From Gammaproteobacteria bacterium RIFCSPLOWO2_02_FULL_61_13 (GTDB lineage: Bacteria; Pseudomonadota; Gammaproteobacteria; Eutrophobiales; Eutrophobiaceae), in contig MGYT01000125.1 of assembly GCA_001801865.1 (NCBI GenBank), positions 4,521-45,703 on the forward strand: a DNA stretch of 41,183 nucleotides, in the 5' to 3' direction. This document shows, in pieces, positions 19,530 to 28,289 of the stretch. The notes under the pieces were generated by a model. It was not told the origin of the DNA. It did not search any database and was given only the letters and a program-made list of their open reading frames with translations. Each line of letters begins with the position of its first letter. Positions within the stretch are counted from its first letter, which is position 1. The position numbers and the translations under genes were made by a program.

Positions 19530-20303
19530 CTACATGAACCCGATCTCGAAACTCACTGCCTGCGGGCCAACACCGACAATCTCCAGCACTACCTGCACCG
19601 GCGCGCCGGGCGCCATACCGAGTTGCTGATCGATGCTGGCATCCAGGTATTCCGCGGGCGCAAACGCGCGCGCTGCCAGGATCCGGCCATTGCTGTCCGA
19701 GAGGGCCAGTTGAATGCGTGGAAATGGTTGTGCAAATCGGGCGCCATTGCTGATGGTGGCATTGACCAGCAGTGCATCCTGGTAGCGGGGATGCACACGC
19801 ACATCCCGATTCACCACGGAAATGGCAGGCAGGTCGCGCCCACGCAGAGCGACACAACCCAATTGCAGACACAGCCGTTCTATATATGGCGACAATGCCG
19901 GGTACCTGGCACGCAGGACATCGCGTTGAAACCACGCAATCTGCCCTGCGCCAATCAGTAACAGTACCAGCACCGTGATGGACCAGCCCCAGCGCCAGCC
20001 CGGACCTGCCGTGGCGCCCTCTTCCTCGATACTTACCGGGGGTCTCCAGGCCGGGGCGGACCGTTCCGGCGTGACCACGGACGGCGGCGGCTCCGCGCTG
20101 GCGATATCAAATTCCGGCTCCTCCAATTCCGGCTCCGGGACCATGACCGCCGCCGCGGGACGATCCAGCGGCGCGTCATGCAGCCGCATCAGGGCGTTGA
20201 AGCGGGCGCCACAATACCCGCAGCGCACCAGGCCCGCGGCCGCGGACAGGTGGCGCGCCGTCAGTCGGAATTGACGCTGGCAGGTCGGGCAATCGGTAAA
20301 CAT
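19530..20303 (-). CDS. Zinc-ribbon (MJ0042-type) / DUF3426-like membrane protein
   Basis: The start is set at MFTDCPTCQRQF...CGYCGARF (two CxxC pairs). This is followed by a Pro/Glu-rich linker, one TM segment (WSITVLVLLLIGAG) and a C-terminal beta-rich domain. Pseudomonas has a gene in the same slot between prmA and dusB. Confidence 0.7.
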   Translation of the reverse strand: MFTDCPTCQRQFRLTARHLSAAAGLVRCGYCGARFNALMRLHDAPLDRPAAAVMVPEPELEEPEFDIASAEPPPSVVTPERSAPAWRPPVSIEEEGATAGPGWRWGWSITVLVLLLIGAGQIAWFQRDVLRARYPALSPYIERLCLQLGCVALRGRDLPAISVVNRDVRVHPRYQDALLVNATISNGARFAQPFPRIQLALSDSNGRILAARAFAPAEYLDASIDQQLGMAPGAPVQVVLEIVGVGPQAVSFEIGFM

Positions 20304-20320
20304 GAAGTCCCGGGGAAGGC

Positions 20321-21214
20321 TCAGTCGGCAGATGCCGCGCTGCGGCGCCGGCCCTGCACCAGAGCCCACTCATTGCGAAAAGTCATACTGCCCATGCTAA
20401 ACCAGGGGTCATAGGCGGCCAAACAGTCGCCGGCCTGGGTTGCCAGCAATCCGGACAACGCCAGCGACGCCCCGGGGCGGACCAGGCGCGAAAAATGCGG
20501 AGCCAGATCCAACAGGGGATTCAGCAGGATGTTGGCAACCAGAAGATCCGCCGGCCGATCCGGCGCCGCGCCGGGTGACAGGAAACGCACGCGATCCAGC
20601 AGAAGATTGCGCTCCGCGTTGACGCGGCACGCCTCCAGCGCCTGGGCATCAATGTCCACGAGCCATGCTTCCGCGGCGCCAAGCAGCACGGCGCTGAGTC
20701 CCAGGATGCCCGAACCACAGCCGTAATCGACCAGCACGCTTCCACGCAGGTCGCGCGCCGACAGCCAATCCAGGCAAAGTGCCGTGGTGGGGTGGGAACC
20801 TGTGCCAAACCCGAGACCCGGATCCAGCGTCAGTACTCGCCGATCCGGTGGCGCAGCCACCCAACTGGGACAGATACTTAATTGCTCGCCGAACAGTAGC
20901 GGTTCCAGTCCGATGCGCCCGCTCAATGACCAATCCTGATCATCGAGCTCATCAATACATAAAGATTCCGCGCGCGCTGTACCCAGCCGATTGCGCAGGC
21001 AGGCGATCAGAATGTCCGGCTCTGCATCGATGGGAAACAGCGCCTGCAGCCGGCTCTGGCGCCAGTACTCCGGGGCGGCCGGGTCATCGCTGTACAGCGC
21101 ACCGTCCCCGCGCGCGACGATGCTGACGGAATCGGCGCCGAGCCGATCCAGGAACTGCAGCAGGGGTTCCACGTCGGCGCGCGCGCAGTCCATGGAAATT
21201 CGCAGCCAGGGCAA
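20321..21214 (-). CDS. prmA: Ribosomal protein L11 methyltransferase
   Basis: SAM motif VLVDYGCGSGILG. With a TTG start at 21214 the N-terminus reads (M)PWLRISMD, matching the E. coli PrmA N-terminus MPWIQLKL, and GGGGAG lies 8 nt upstream. An ATG at 21193 is an alternative. The ORF-track start at 21319 is an artefact. Confidence 0.88.
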   Translation of the reverse strand: MPWLRISMDCARADVEPLLQFLDRLGADSVSIVARGDGALYSDDPAAPEYWRQSRLQALFPIDAEPDILIACLRNRLGTARAESLCIDELDDQDWSLSGRIGLEPLLFGEQLSICPSWVAAPPDRRVLTLDPGLGFGTGSHPTTALCLDWLSARDLRGSVLVDYGCGSGILGLSAVLLGAAEAWLVDIDAQALEACRVNAERNLLLDRVRFLSPGAAPDRPADLLVANILLNPLLDLAPHFSRLVRPGASLALSGLLATQAGDCLAAYDPWFSMGSMTFRNEWALVQGRRRSAASAD

Positions 21215-21263
21215 TTTGTTCACTCCCCAACGGGAAGCCGCACAGTGGTTGCGTGCCGGTCCG

Positions 21264-22607
21264 TCAGCGCGGAACCAGTTTGTTCTGCAGATAATGAATG
21301 TCAGTCCCGCCCGCGGCAAACGCCGCGTCGTGCAGGATCTTCTGGTGCAGCGGAATATTGGTCTTGATGCCGTCGATAACGATCTCGGCCAGCGCCGTGC
21401 GCATGCGCGCTATGGCAAGCTCGCGGGTCTCGCTGTGGGCGATGAGCTTGCCGATCATCGAGTCATAATGGGGCGGCACGCGGTAGCCGTCATATATGTG
21501 CGTGTCGATGCGTATCCCCGGGCCACCGGGATGATGGATGTGCTCAATCAGGCCGGGGCAGGGCATGAACGTCTCCGAATCCTCGGCATTGATGCGGCAT
21601 TCAATGGCGTGACCGCGCCACTGTATGTCCTCCTGGCGATAGGAGAGCGGGTCGCCGTTGGCTATGTGCAATTGTTCCTTGACGATGTCCACGCCGGTCA
21701 CCATTTCGGTCACCGGGTGTTCCACCTGGATGCGCGTATTCATTTCAATGAAATAGAACTGCCCGTCCTGATACAGGAATTCCATGGTGCCGGCGCTGCG
21801 ATAGCCGATGGCCGCGCAGGCCTCCACGCAGCGCACGCCGATCCGGCGCTTCAACTCGGGGTCGATACCGGGCGCCGGGGCCTCCTCCAGCACCTTCTGG
21901 TGCCGGCGCTGCATGGAACAGTCCCGCTCGCCCAGGTGAATCACATTGCCATGCTCATCCGCAAGCATCTGGAACTCCACATGGCGGGGGTGTTCCAGGA
22001 ATTTTTCCAGATACACCGTATCGTCGCCGAAAGCGGCCTGCGCCTCGGCGCGCGTCAATTGCACCGCATTGCGCAGCGATGCCTCACTGTGCACGACGCG
22101 CATGCCGCGGCCGCCGCCACCGCCGGAGGCCTTGATGATTACCGGGTAGCCTATGTGACGCGCGACACGCGCCATTTCCTCCGCGTCCTCCGGCAACGGC
22201 CCATCGGAGCCGGGAACGCAGGCGATACCGGCATCGTGCATGACCTTGCGCGCGCCGATCTTGCTGCCCATGAGCCGGATGGTTTCCGACTTCGGGCCGA
22301 TAAAGATGAAACCGCTTTGTTCCACGCGTTCGGCAAAGTCCGCGTTTTCGGACAGAAAACCGTAGCCGGGATGAATGGCGACGGCATCAGTGACCTCGGC
22401 CGCGCTGATCACCGCCGGAATATTCAGATAACTCAGCGTCGCCAGTGCCGGACCGATGCACACGGCCTCATCGGCGAGCAGCACATGCTTCTGCTCCCGA
22501 TCCTGCTCGGAAAATACCGCCACCGTGCGAATTCCCAACTCGCGGCAGCCGCGCAGAATGCGCAGCGCAATTTCGCCGCGATTGGCGATAACCACCTTCT
22601 CTAGCAT
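21264..22607 (-). CDS. accC: Acetyl-CoA carboxylase, biotin carboxylase subunit
   Basis: The start is set at [19 protein letters not shown] (22607). ATP-grasp, with the typical [14 protein letters not shown] block. Confidence 0.95.
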   Translation of the reverse strand: MLEKVVIANRGEIALRILRGCRELGIRTVAVFSEQDREQKHVLLADEAVCIGPALATLSYLNIPAVISAAEVTDAVAIHPGYGFLSENADFAERVEQSGFIFIGPKSETIRLMGSKIGARKVMHDAGIACVPGSDGPLPEDAEEMARVARHIGYPVIIKASGGGGGRGMRVVHSEASLRNAVQLTRAEAQAAFGDDTVYLEKFLEHPRHVEFQMLADEHGNVIHLGERDCSMQRRHQKVLEEAPAPGIDPELKRRIGVRCVEACAAIGYRSAGTMEFLYQDGQFYFIEMNTRIQVEHPVTEMVTGVDIVKEQLHIANGDPLSYRQEDIQWRGHAIECRINAEDSETFMPCPGLIEHIHHPGGPGIRIDTHIYDGYRVPPHYDSMIGKLIAHSETRELAIARMRTALAEIVIDGIKTNIPLHQKILHDAAFAAGGTDIHYLQNKLVPR

Positions 22608-22646
22608 TGCGCCTGCCTCATGACGCAATAAACAAAAGCACCGGCC

Positions 22647-22911
22647 CTGGCAGGTTGATGCAGAACGTCATGAGCGCAGCCGGGCACGGATTGTTCCCGG
22701 CAATCCATTGCATTTCCTCCAGCGGAAAACTGCTCCATGCGTTTTCCGCACTTCCGCCGTCCCTGGCGGTCGTCCTTGGAAGTCATACACAGCGCGAGTC
22801 CCGACAGTACGGAACGTACACGGCAGTACGTGAGGCCAGGAAGAGACAAAGCATGAGGGGGCGAGCAACGCCGTAACGGCAAGCACAATAGTTTTGCATC
22901 AACCTGTCAGG
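22647..22911. repeat. Inverted-repeat-bounded, hairpin-rich insert in the accB-accC spacer (MITE/REP-like element or structured RNA)
   Basis: The terminal inverted repeats CTGGCAGGTTGATGCAGAAC (22647-22666) and the reverse complement of 22891-22911 (CCTGACAGGTTGATGCAAAAC) match at 18 of 20 positions, with a perfect 12-bp core. Internal stems include GCGGAAAAC/GTTTTCCGC (22722-22730 and 22741-22749) and ACGTAC/GTACGT (22814-22831). Confidence 0.5.
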
Positions 22912-23359
22912 CCTCGCGGATCACAAACAGCGGCTGGCCGTACTCCACGGGATCACCGTTCTCCACCTGGATCTTTGCGATGACGCCTCCGACGTCGGCT
23001 TCGATCTGATTCATGATCTTCATGGCCTCAATGACACACAGCACGTCGCCCTTGCGCACTGTCTGTCCCAGCGTCACGAATGCAGGCTTGCCGGGCGCCG
23101 CCGCCTCGTAGAAAAGCCCCACCATCGGCGCACGCACCACGTGGCCATCCGCTTCGACCGGGGATTCCTGTTCCGCACCTGTCTCTGCGGCGGTGGTTGA
23201 GACGGTGCCCTGTGCTTGCGCCATTAAGCTCACACCGGCGACAGGCGCCGCGCTGGCCCGACTCACGCGCACGGATTCCTCGCCCTCGTGGATCTCGATC
23301 TCACTGATACCGGATTCCTCCAGCAGTTCGATGAGTTTTTTGACCTTGCGAATGTCCAT
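22907..23359 (-). CDS. accB: Acetyl-CoA carboxylase biotin carboxyl carrier protein
   Basis: 150 aa with the biotinylation motif CVIEAMKIMNQIEAD and an Ala/Pro-rich linker. Confidence 0.93.
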   Translation of the reverse strand: MDIRKVKKLIELLEESGISEIEIHEGEESVRVSRASAAPVAGVSLMAQAQGTVSTTAAETGAEQESPVEADGHVVRAPMVGLFYEAAAPGKPAFVTLGQTVRKGDVLCVIEAMKIMNQIEADVGGVIAKIQVENGDPVEYGQPLFVIREA

Positions 23360-23362
23360 GGC

Positions 23363-23812
23363 CTATTTGTGTCGCTTGCCCAGGTGACGGTCCGCCGCCC
23401 GCAGCGCCAATTCATACCCCTGTACACCCAGGCCGCTGATGATCCCCACTGCGATGTCGGTCAGGAAGGAATGGTGTCGAAATGGCTCGCGCGCGAAGAC
23501 ATTGGAGATGTGAACTTCGATGAAGGGGATGCCCACGCCCAGCAGCGCGTCCCGCAGTGCAATACTGGTGTGGGTCAGGGAGCCGGGGTTGATAACGACG
23601 AATTCCACCCCTTCGTTCTTGGCCTGCTGTACCCAATCCACCATGGCGTGTTCGGCATTGGTCTGGAAACAGGCAATGGAATGGCCCAACTCGCCCCCCA
23701 GCCGGGCCAGTGCGGCTTCCACATCCGCCAGCGTCGCCGAGCCATACACCTCGGGCTCACGTGTACCGAGCAAATTCAGGTTGGGTCCATTCAGGACCAG
23801 GATTTTTGCCAT
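23363..23812 (-). CDS. aroQ: Type II 3-dehydroquinate dehydratase
   Basis: 149 aa. [31 protein letters not shown] and IEVHISN motifs. Confidence 0.93.
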   Translation of the reverse strand: MAKILVLNGPNLNLLGTREPEVYGSATLADVEAALARLGGELGHSIACFQTNAEHAMVDWVQQAKNEGVEFVVINPGSLTHTSIALRDALLGVGIPFIEVHISNVFAREPFRHHSFLTDIAVGIISGLGVQGYELALRAADRHLGKRHK

Positions 23813-23899
23813 GGGAGTTCTGGAGATAAAGGAATTTGGCGGGAATTTTCCACCGTTTTGAAGATACTACCAGAAGTTCTTCCAATTACGGAAGCCGGG

Positions 23900-24472
23900 C
23901 TACAGGAGGGGAGACAGGGCCTCCTCCGCCTGTTGCGTGGATAACGGTCCCGCATGCACAAATGCGATCTTGCCGTCGCGACCCACCAGCACCGTATAGG
24001 GGAGCACCCCGGCCAGATTACCGTAGGACTCCGCTACCTGGATGACCTCCATTTCGCCGACCAATACCGGGTAGTTCACCTGATGTTCCGCCGCGAAACG
24101 ACGCACCGGATCCGGCTGTTCCAGCGCCACTCCGACGAATTGCAACCCACGGTCGGCATATTTACTCTGCAGCGCCACGAATTCGGGGATTTCCTTGCGG
24201 CAGGGCGGGCACCAGGTGGCCCAGAAGTTGATTGCCAGTACCTTGCCATCCCACTCCCCCACATTGTGCATCACCCCCTCCAGGTCCGGCAGGGTAAAAT
24301 CCGGCCGCTCTGCACCGACAACGGCCGTGGCGCGGATGGCGGCCGTCATTGTCGTTGCCGTGGGCTGGTCTGCCGCGCTGCGGTCATGCTGCCAGCGGGC
24401 GAAAATAAACCCTGCGGCGGCGGCGACCAGGCACAAGCCTCCGGCGAGGGTTGCGGCGCTGATCCGGGTCAT
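23900..24472 (-). CDS. TlpA/ResA-like periplasmic thiol:disulfide oxidoreductase (thioredoxin fold)
   Basis: 190 aa with an N-terminal signal anchor and the active site FWATWCPPCRKE. ATGA overlap with the dsbD stop. Confidence 0.75.
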   Translation of the reverse strand: MTRISAATLAGGLCLVAAAAGFIFARWQHDRSAADQPTATTMTAAIRATAVVGAERPDFTLPDLEGVMHNVGEWDGKVLAINFWATWCPPCRKEIPEFVALQSKYADRGLQFVGVALEQPDPVRRFAAEHQVNYPVLVGEMEVIQVAESYGNLAGVLPYTVLVGRDGKIAFVHAGPLSTQQAEEALSPLL

Positions 24473-26328
24473 GAACGGATGACCCGTTCCAGATGCGCGA
24501 CAAATTGATCGGCGTCCAGAAACTCGCCCACCCGCTGTTGCTGCAATTCACCCGCCTCGGCATCAAAAAACAGGATCGCCGGCGGACCATACAGGCTGAA
24601 TTCATCCAGCAACTGCTGGTCGGCGCCCGTATACCCGGTAACATCAACCTGCAGCAGCACCACGTCCTGCAACCGCGCATGCACCCGTGGATCAGGGAAA
24701 GTTTCCCGTTCGAGCTCCTTACAGGTAATGCACCAGTCCGCATAAAAATCCAGCATTACCGCGCGGCCCTGATTGCGCGCGCGGTCCAGTTCCACTTGCA
24801 GGCCGGCCAACGTACTGATGCGTTTGAAGGGCAATGGCGCGGCGTGATCCGCGCCCCTGGCACCTGTCAGCGGCGCCAGCGGACGCAGCGGATCATCGCC
24901 ACCGCTGGCAGCCCCGACCAACAGCGTGGCACCGTAAACGAGAAATGCGAGTCCCAGACCCTTGCCCGTTCTGCGCCAGGACAGATTGCCTTCGAGCGGA
25001 TCCAGGGCGCCCATGAACATAGCAGCCAAAAGGAACAGCACGCCCCATAGCAGGAGGGTGAGTGGGCCGGGAATAATTCGACTCAGAAACCAGACAACCA
25101 CCCCCAGCATCACAAAACCGCAGGCGCGCCGCACCGACTCCATCCAGTACCCGGCGCGCGGCAACAGGTAGCCCGCCGATGCACCCAGTACGAGCAGGGG
25201 GATGCCCATGCCGATGCCAAGCGCGAACAGGGCCGCGCCGCCAAACGCTGCGTCGCCGGTCTGGGTGATGTACACAAGCGCGGCAGCCAACGGCGGCGCC
25301 ACGCAGGGCCCGACAATCAGCGCCGACAGTGCGCCCATGACTGCAACACCGCGCAGGGAGCCGCGGCGCTGATGATGGGTGAGGTGGCTGAGCCAACTTT
25401 GAACACGGGTCGGAACTTGCAGGCGGAACAGGCCGAACATGGACAGTGCGAGCAGCAAAAATACGCCACTGAACAGCACGATAACCCATGGGGCCTGCGC
25501 GGCCGCCTGCAGATTGAAACGGGTCATTCCGGCGAACATTCCCAGGATTGCATAGGTGGCCGCCATGGCAGCCACGTAGGCCAGTGACAGGGTGAACCCA
25601 CGCCCGCGCGACACGGGCTCGCCGTGCCCGATGATGATCCCGGACAGAATCGGGACCATGGGGAAGATGCACGGCGTCAGGGACAGCAGGATGCCGAAAC
25701 CAAAAAATGCGATGAGGTTGGCCAGAAATCCAGCCCCTTTCAGGCCAACCAGGGAGCCGAATGATGAAGATTTTGCGGCCTCGGCAATCCCGCCGGCGGG
25801 AGGCTGCGACACGGAACTCCCTGGCGGCAGCCGGATCGCCACTTCCTGGATCTGGGGCGGGTAACAAACCGACTTGTCCTTGCAACCCTGGAAGCCGACA
25901 CGCAGGCGAACAGGAATTTCACCGCCCACATGCCGGATCAGCGGGACTTGAACCGTCAATGCCCCAAAATAGACCTCAACCCGCCCAAAGGCCTCGTCCT
26001 CCTTGACCTCGCCCTGAGGTAGAGAAAGGGTGGCTGAATCAATGGCCGCGTTCCCTTCCACCACCGTGAAAGTGAACTTGTCGCGATAAAGGTAATAACC
26101 GTCCTGGATATCCCAAGTGAGTTTTACCCCGGCGGCCTCCGCCTCGGCGGACAGCGGGAACGCCTGATCCGGGGGCAATATCCCGTCGTTACCGGTGCCG
26201 GCGCCGACAAACTCCTGCAAGCGCTCACTTACCGAGATCGCTTGTGCTGGAGCGAAAATCAGCGCAAGAACCAGCGCAAACAGGAAACGAATCAGGTTGG
26301 AGGAAGCTCCGTGCAAGTCTTGATCCAC
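24469..26328 (-). CDS. dsbD: Thiol:disulfide interchange protein DsbD
   Basis: 619 aa: signal peptide, periplasmic N-domain, multi-TM core, and a C-terminal thioredoxin domain with DFYADWCITCKE. The annotated start overlaps cutA by 37 nt, so the true start is uncertain. Confidence 0.88.
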   Translation of the reverse strand: MDQDLHGASSNLIRFLFALVLALIFAPAQAISVSERLQEFVGAGTGNDGILPPDQAFPLSAEAEAAGVKLTWDIQDGYYLYRDKFTFTVVEGNAAIDSATLSLPQGEVKEDEAFGRVEVYFGALTVQVPLIRHVGGEIPVRLRVGFQGCKDKSVCYPPQIQEVAIRLPPGSSVSQPPAGGIAEAAKSSSFGSLVGLKGAGFLANLIAFFGFGILLSLTPCIFPMVPILSGIIIGHGEPVSRGRGFTLSLAYVAAMAATYAILGMFAGMTRFNLQAAAQAPWVIVLFSGVFLLLALSMFGLFRLQVPTRVQSWLSHLTHHQRRGSLRGVAVMGALSALIVGPCVAPPLAAALVYITQTGDAAFGGAALFALGIGMGIPLLVLGASAGYLLPRAGYWMESVRRACGFVMLGVVVWFLSRIIPGPLTLLLWGVLFLLAAMFMGALDPLEGNLSWRRTGKGLGLAFLVYGATLLVGAASGGDDPLRPLAPLTGARGADHAAPLPFKRISTLAGLQVELDRARNQGRAVMLDFYADWCITCKELERETFPDPRVHARLQDVVLLQVDVTGYTGADQQLLDEFSLYGPPAILFFDAEAGELQQQRVGEFLDADQFVAHLERVIRS

Positions 26329-26630
26329 GACAGGTAGCCGGCGAGACCGCCACTGATGGGGACCGTCACGATCTCCGGAAGTTCATAGGGATGCAGCGCC
26401 ATGATGCGCTCTTCCAGGGCCTGGTATCGATCTGCGGTGGTCTTGATGATAAGCAGATATTCTTCCTTGTTATCCACCTTGCCGACCCAGTGGAAAAACG
26501 ACTGTACGCCGGAAACAATCTGCACACAGGCCGCAAGGTGATCCGACACAAGGGTACTGGCGATCTTTTTGGCTGTGATCGAACCAGGACATGTGCTCAA
26601 TACGAGCAGAAACTGGGGTTTGCCGGGCAT
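26292..26630 (-). CDS. cutA: Divalent-cation tolerance protein CutA
   Basis: 112 aa. LAACVQI....S.F.W.GKV..........KT......LEERI...HPYE.PEI is the CutA1 pattern. cutA-dsbD order as in E. coli. Confidence 0.88.
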   Translation of the reverse strand: MPGKPQFLLVLSTCPGSITAKKIASTLVSDHLAACVQIVSGVQSFFHWVGKVDNKEEYLLIIKTTADRYQALEERIMALHPYELPEIVTVPISGGLAGYLSWIKTCTELPPT

Positions 26631-26830
26631 ATTAACTCTGCGATTTAAGCTGCCATTCTACCGCGAAAATCCCCCCAACACCTTGAATTTCTTGCCAATG
26701 AACATGATGAGTTACGGGGCGCACGCGGTCCGATGCTAAAATTGACACCCTAGGCCGACTGACTTTGATCGGCGCCATTCCCCGCATCCTCACGGAGGAG
26801 AAGATCCCGGCACGCCGGGACCATTTGCCC

Positions 26831-27655
26831 ATGACCGCCAAAACCCGCGTATATCGCCGCCGGCCCAGCCAGGCTGAGCGCAGTGACCCGCATGTTTTGT
26901 ATGAACGCGCAGTGCAACACGTTGGCGCAGAAATCGATTTCATTGACGAGACCTTCAGCGCATTACGCGGCCGCCGTGCTGAGCGATTGCGGGAGGACTT
27001 TTGCGGCACGGCGAACACCTCCTGTGAATGGGTGCGAAGGCGTAGCGGCAATCAGGCCTGGGGAGTGGACCTGGATCCGGCCGTGCTCGACTGGTCGCGC
27101 ACCCACAAAATCCCAAAATTGACCCCGCGCCAGCGGCAACGCCTGCGCCTTTTGAATGTCGATGTCCTGCGCGTGCGCATCGAGCCGGCGGACGTCGTGC
27201 TGGCCATGAATTTCAGTTACTGGGTGTTCCGCGACCGCGGCACGATGAAGCGTTACTTCCGCAAGGTGCGCGCTGGACTGGCTGCCGATGGAATATTCTT
27301 CCTGGATGCCTTTGGCGGTTACGAAGCATGCCAGGAACTTGAGGAAAGCACTGTCCATTCTGGTTTCACCTATATCTGGGACCAGACCAGATTCAACCCG
27401 ATCAACAGCGACATTACCTGTCATATTCACTTCAAGTTCCGGGACGGATCGCGGCAGGAGAAAGCCTTCACTTATCATTGGCGCCTGTGGACGCTGCCGG
27501 AACTGACCGAATTGCTGGAAGAATGCGGTTTCAAGGCGACCGTCTATTGGGAGGGCACGGACAAAAATGGCGACGGGGATGGCAATTTCACTCCCGCCAC
27601 GATGGGCGAGGCTGATGCCGGATGGATCGCGTACATCGTCGCCGAAAATCAATGA
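26831..27655 (+). CDS. Class I SAM-dependent methyltransferase (substrate unknown)
   Basis: Motif I-like REDFCGTANTS and post-I GVDLD, in a Rossmann-type arrangement. I prefer the start at MTAKTRVY (26831) over the TTG at 26765, but neither has a clear SD. Confidence 0.7.
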   Translation: MTAKTRVYRRRPSQAERSDPHVLYERAVQHVGAEIDFIDETFSALRGRRAERLREDFCGTANTSCEWVRRRSGNQAWGVDLDPAVLDWSRTHKIPKLTPRQRQRLRLLNVDVLRVRIEPADVVLAMNFSYWVFRDRGTMKRYFRKVRAGLAADGIFFLDAFGGYEACQELEESTVHSGFTYIWDQTRFNPINSDITCHIHFKFRDGSRQEKAFTYHWRLWTLPELTELLEECGFKATVYWEGTDKNGDGDGNFTPATMGEADAGWIAYIVAENQ

Positions 27656-27686
27656 GCGCGATGCGATCCGGCACCCGGTGTTTATT

Positions 27687-28238
27687 TCAGACGGCGTCTT
27701 CCGGCCCGGCGCGCCTGATTTCCCGCGGCCGCACCAATTGCAGCACGCGGCCGCTGCCGGGTCTCGTCCCGATCTTGCCGTTGAATTCCAGCACCGCCAC
27801 GGCCGCCGTGGTCATGAGTTTCCCGCGCTCGTCGCGCGGCGGTGGTTCCGAGGCCAGATGCGCGATCAGTTCCTCCAGGCCCGGATTATGGCCGACCAGC
27901 AGCAACGTATCGCTGCCGGCGGCATGGGCGGCGATTACATCCAGCAACTGGCGCAGCCCGGCCTCGTAGATGCGATCATCGAAAATGATGCGTTTGCGCC
28001 GGATGTGCAGCCTTCCCACCACCAGCTCGGCGGTGGCCCGCGCCCGTTGCGCCGGCGAACTGACCACCAGGTCGGGGACCAGACCGTTTTTTTGCAGCCA
28101 CTTGCCCATGCGCAGCGCGTCCTTTTCCCCGCGCGCCGCCAATGGCCGGTCGAAATCGCGCCGCAGATTTTCCGGCCAGTCCGATTTTGCGTGGCGCATC
28201 AGCAGGAGCAGGCTTTTTTTCATCGTCATTTCATCCAT
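27687..28238 (-). CDS. SixA-like histidine phosphatase family protein
   Basis: Catalytic RH motif in LLLMRHAKSDW, and a second His in LLVGHNPG, typical of the SixA/PGM branch. Three in-frame ATGs (28238, 28229, 28223) leave the start ambiguous. Confidence 0.7.
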   Translation of the reverse strand: MDEMTMKKSLLLLMRHAKSDWPENLRRDFDRPLAARGEKDALRMGKWLQKNGLVPDLVVSSPAQRARATAELVVGRLHIRRKRIIFDDRIYEAGLRQLLDVIAAHAAGSDTLLLVGHNPGLEELIAHLASEPPPRDERGKLMTTAAVAVLEFNGKIGTRPGSGRVLQLVRPREIRRAGPEDAV

Positions 28239-28289
28239 GGCACCATATTCAAAACATTATAACGCCGCAAACCCGCGGCGCCGGTCCCG

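Noticed and set aside
22601-22888. A 95-aa minus-strand ORF (and 22607..22876 +, 22668..22886 -) inside the accB-accC spacer.
   Set aside because: It has no SD, is Cys/Arg-rich, and is crossed by multiple strong hairpins and bounded by inverted repeats. I treat the region as a noncoding element, though a small protein is not formally excluded.
24893-25885. A 330-aa alternative-frame ORF inside dsbD, and 25110..25316 and similar ORFs.
   Set aside because: The DsbD frame shows the expected signal peptide, TM core and thioredoxin CxxC domain. The alternative frames are Arg/Pro/Gly-rich artefacts.
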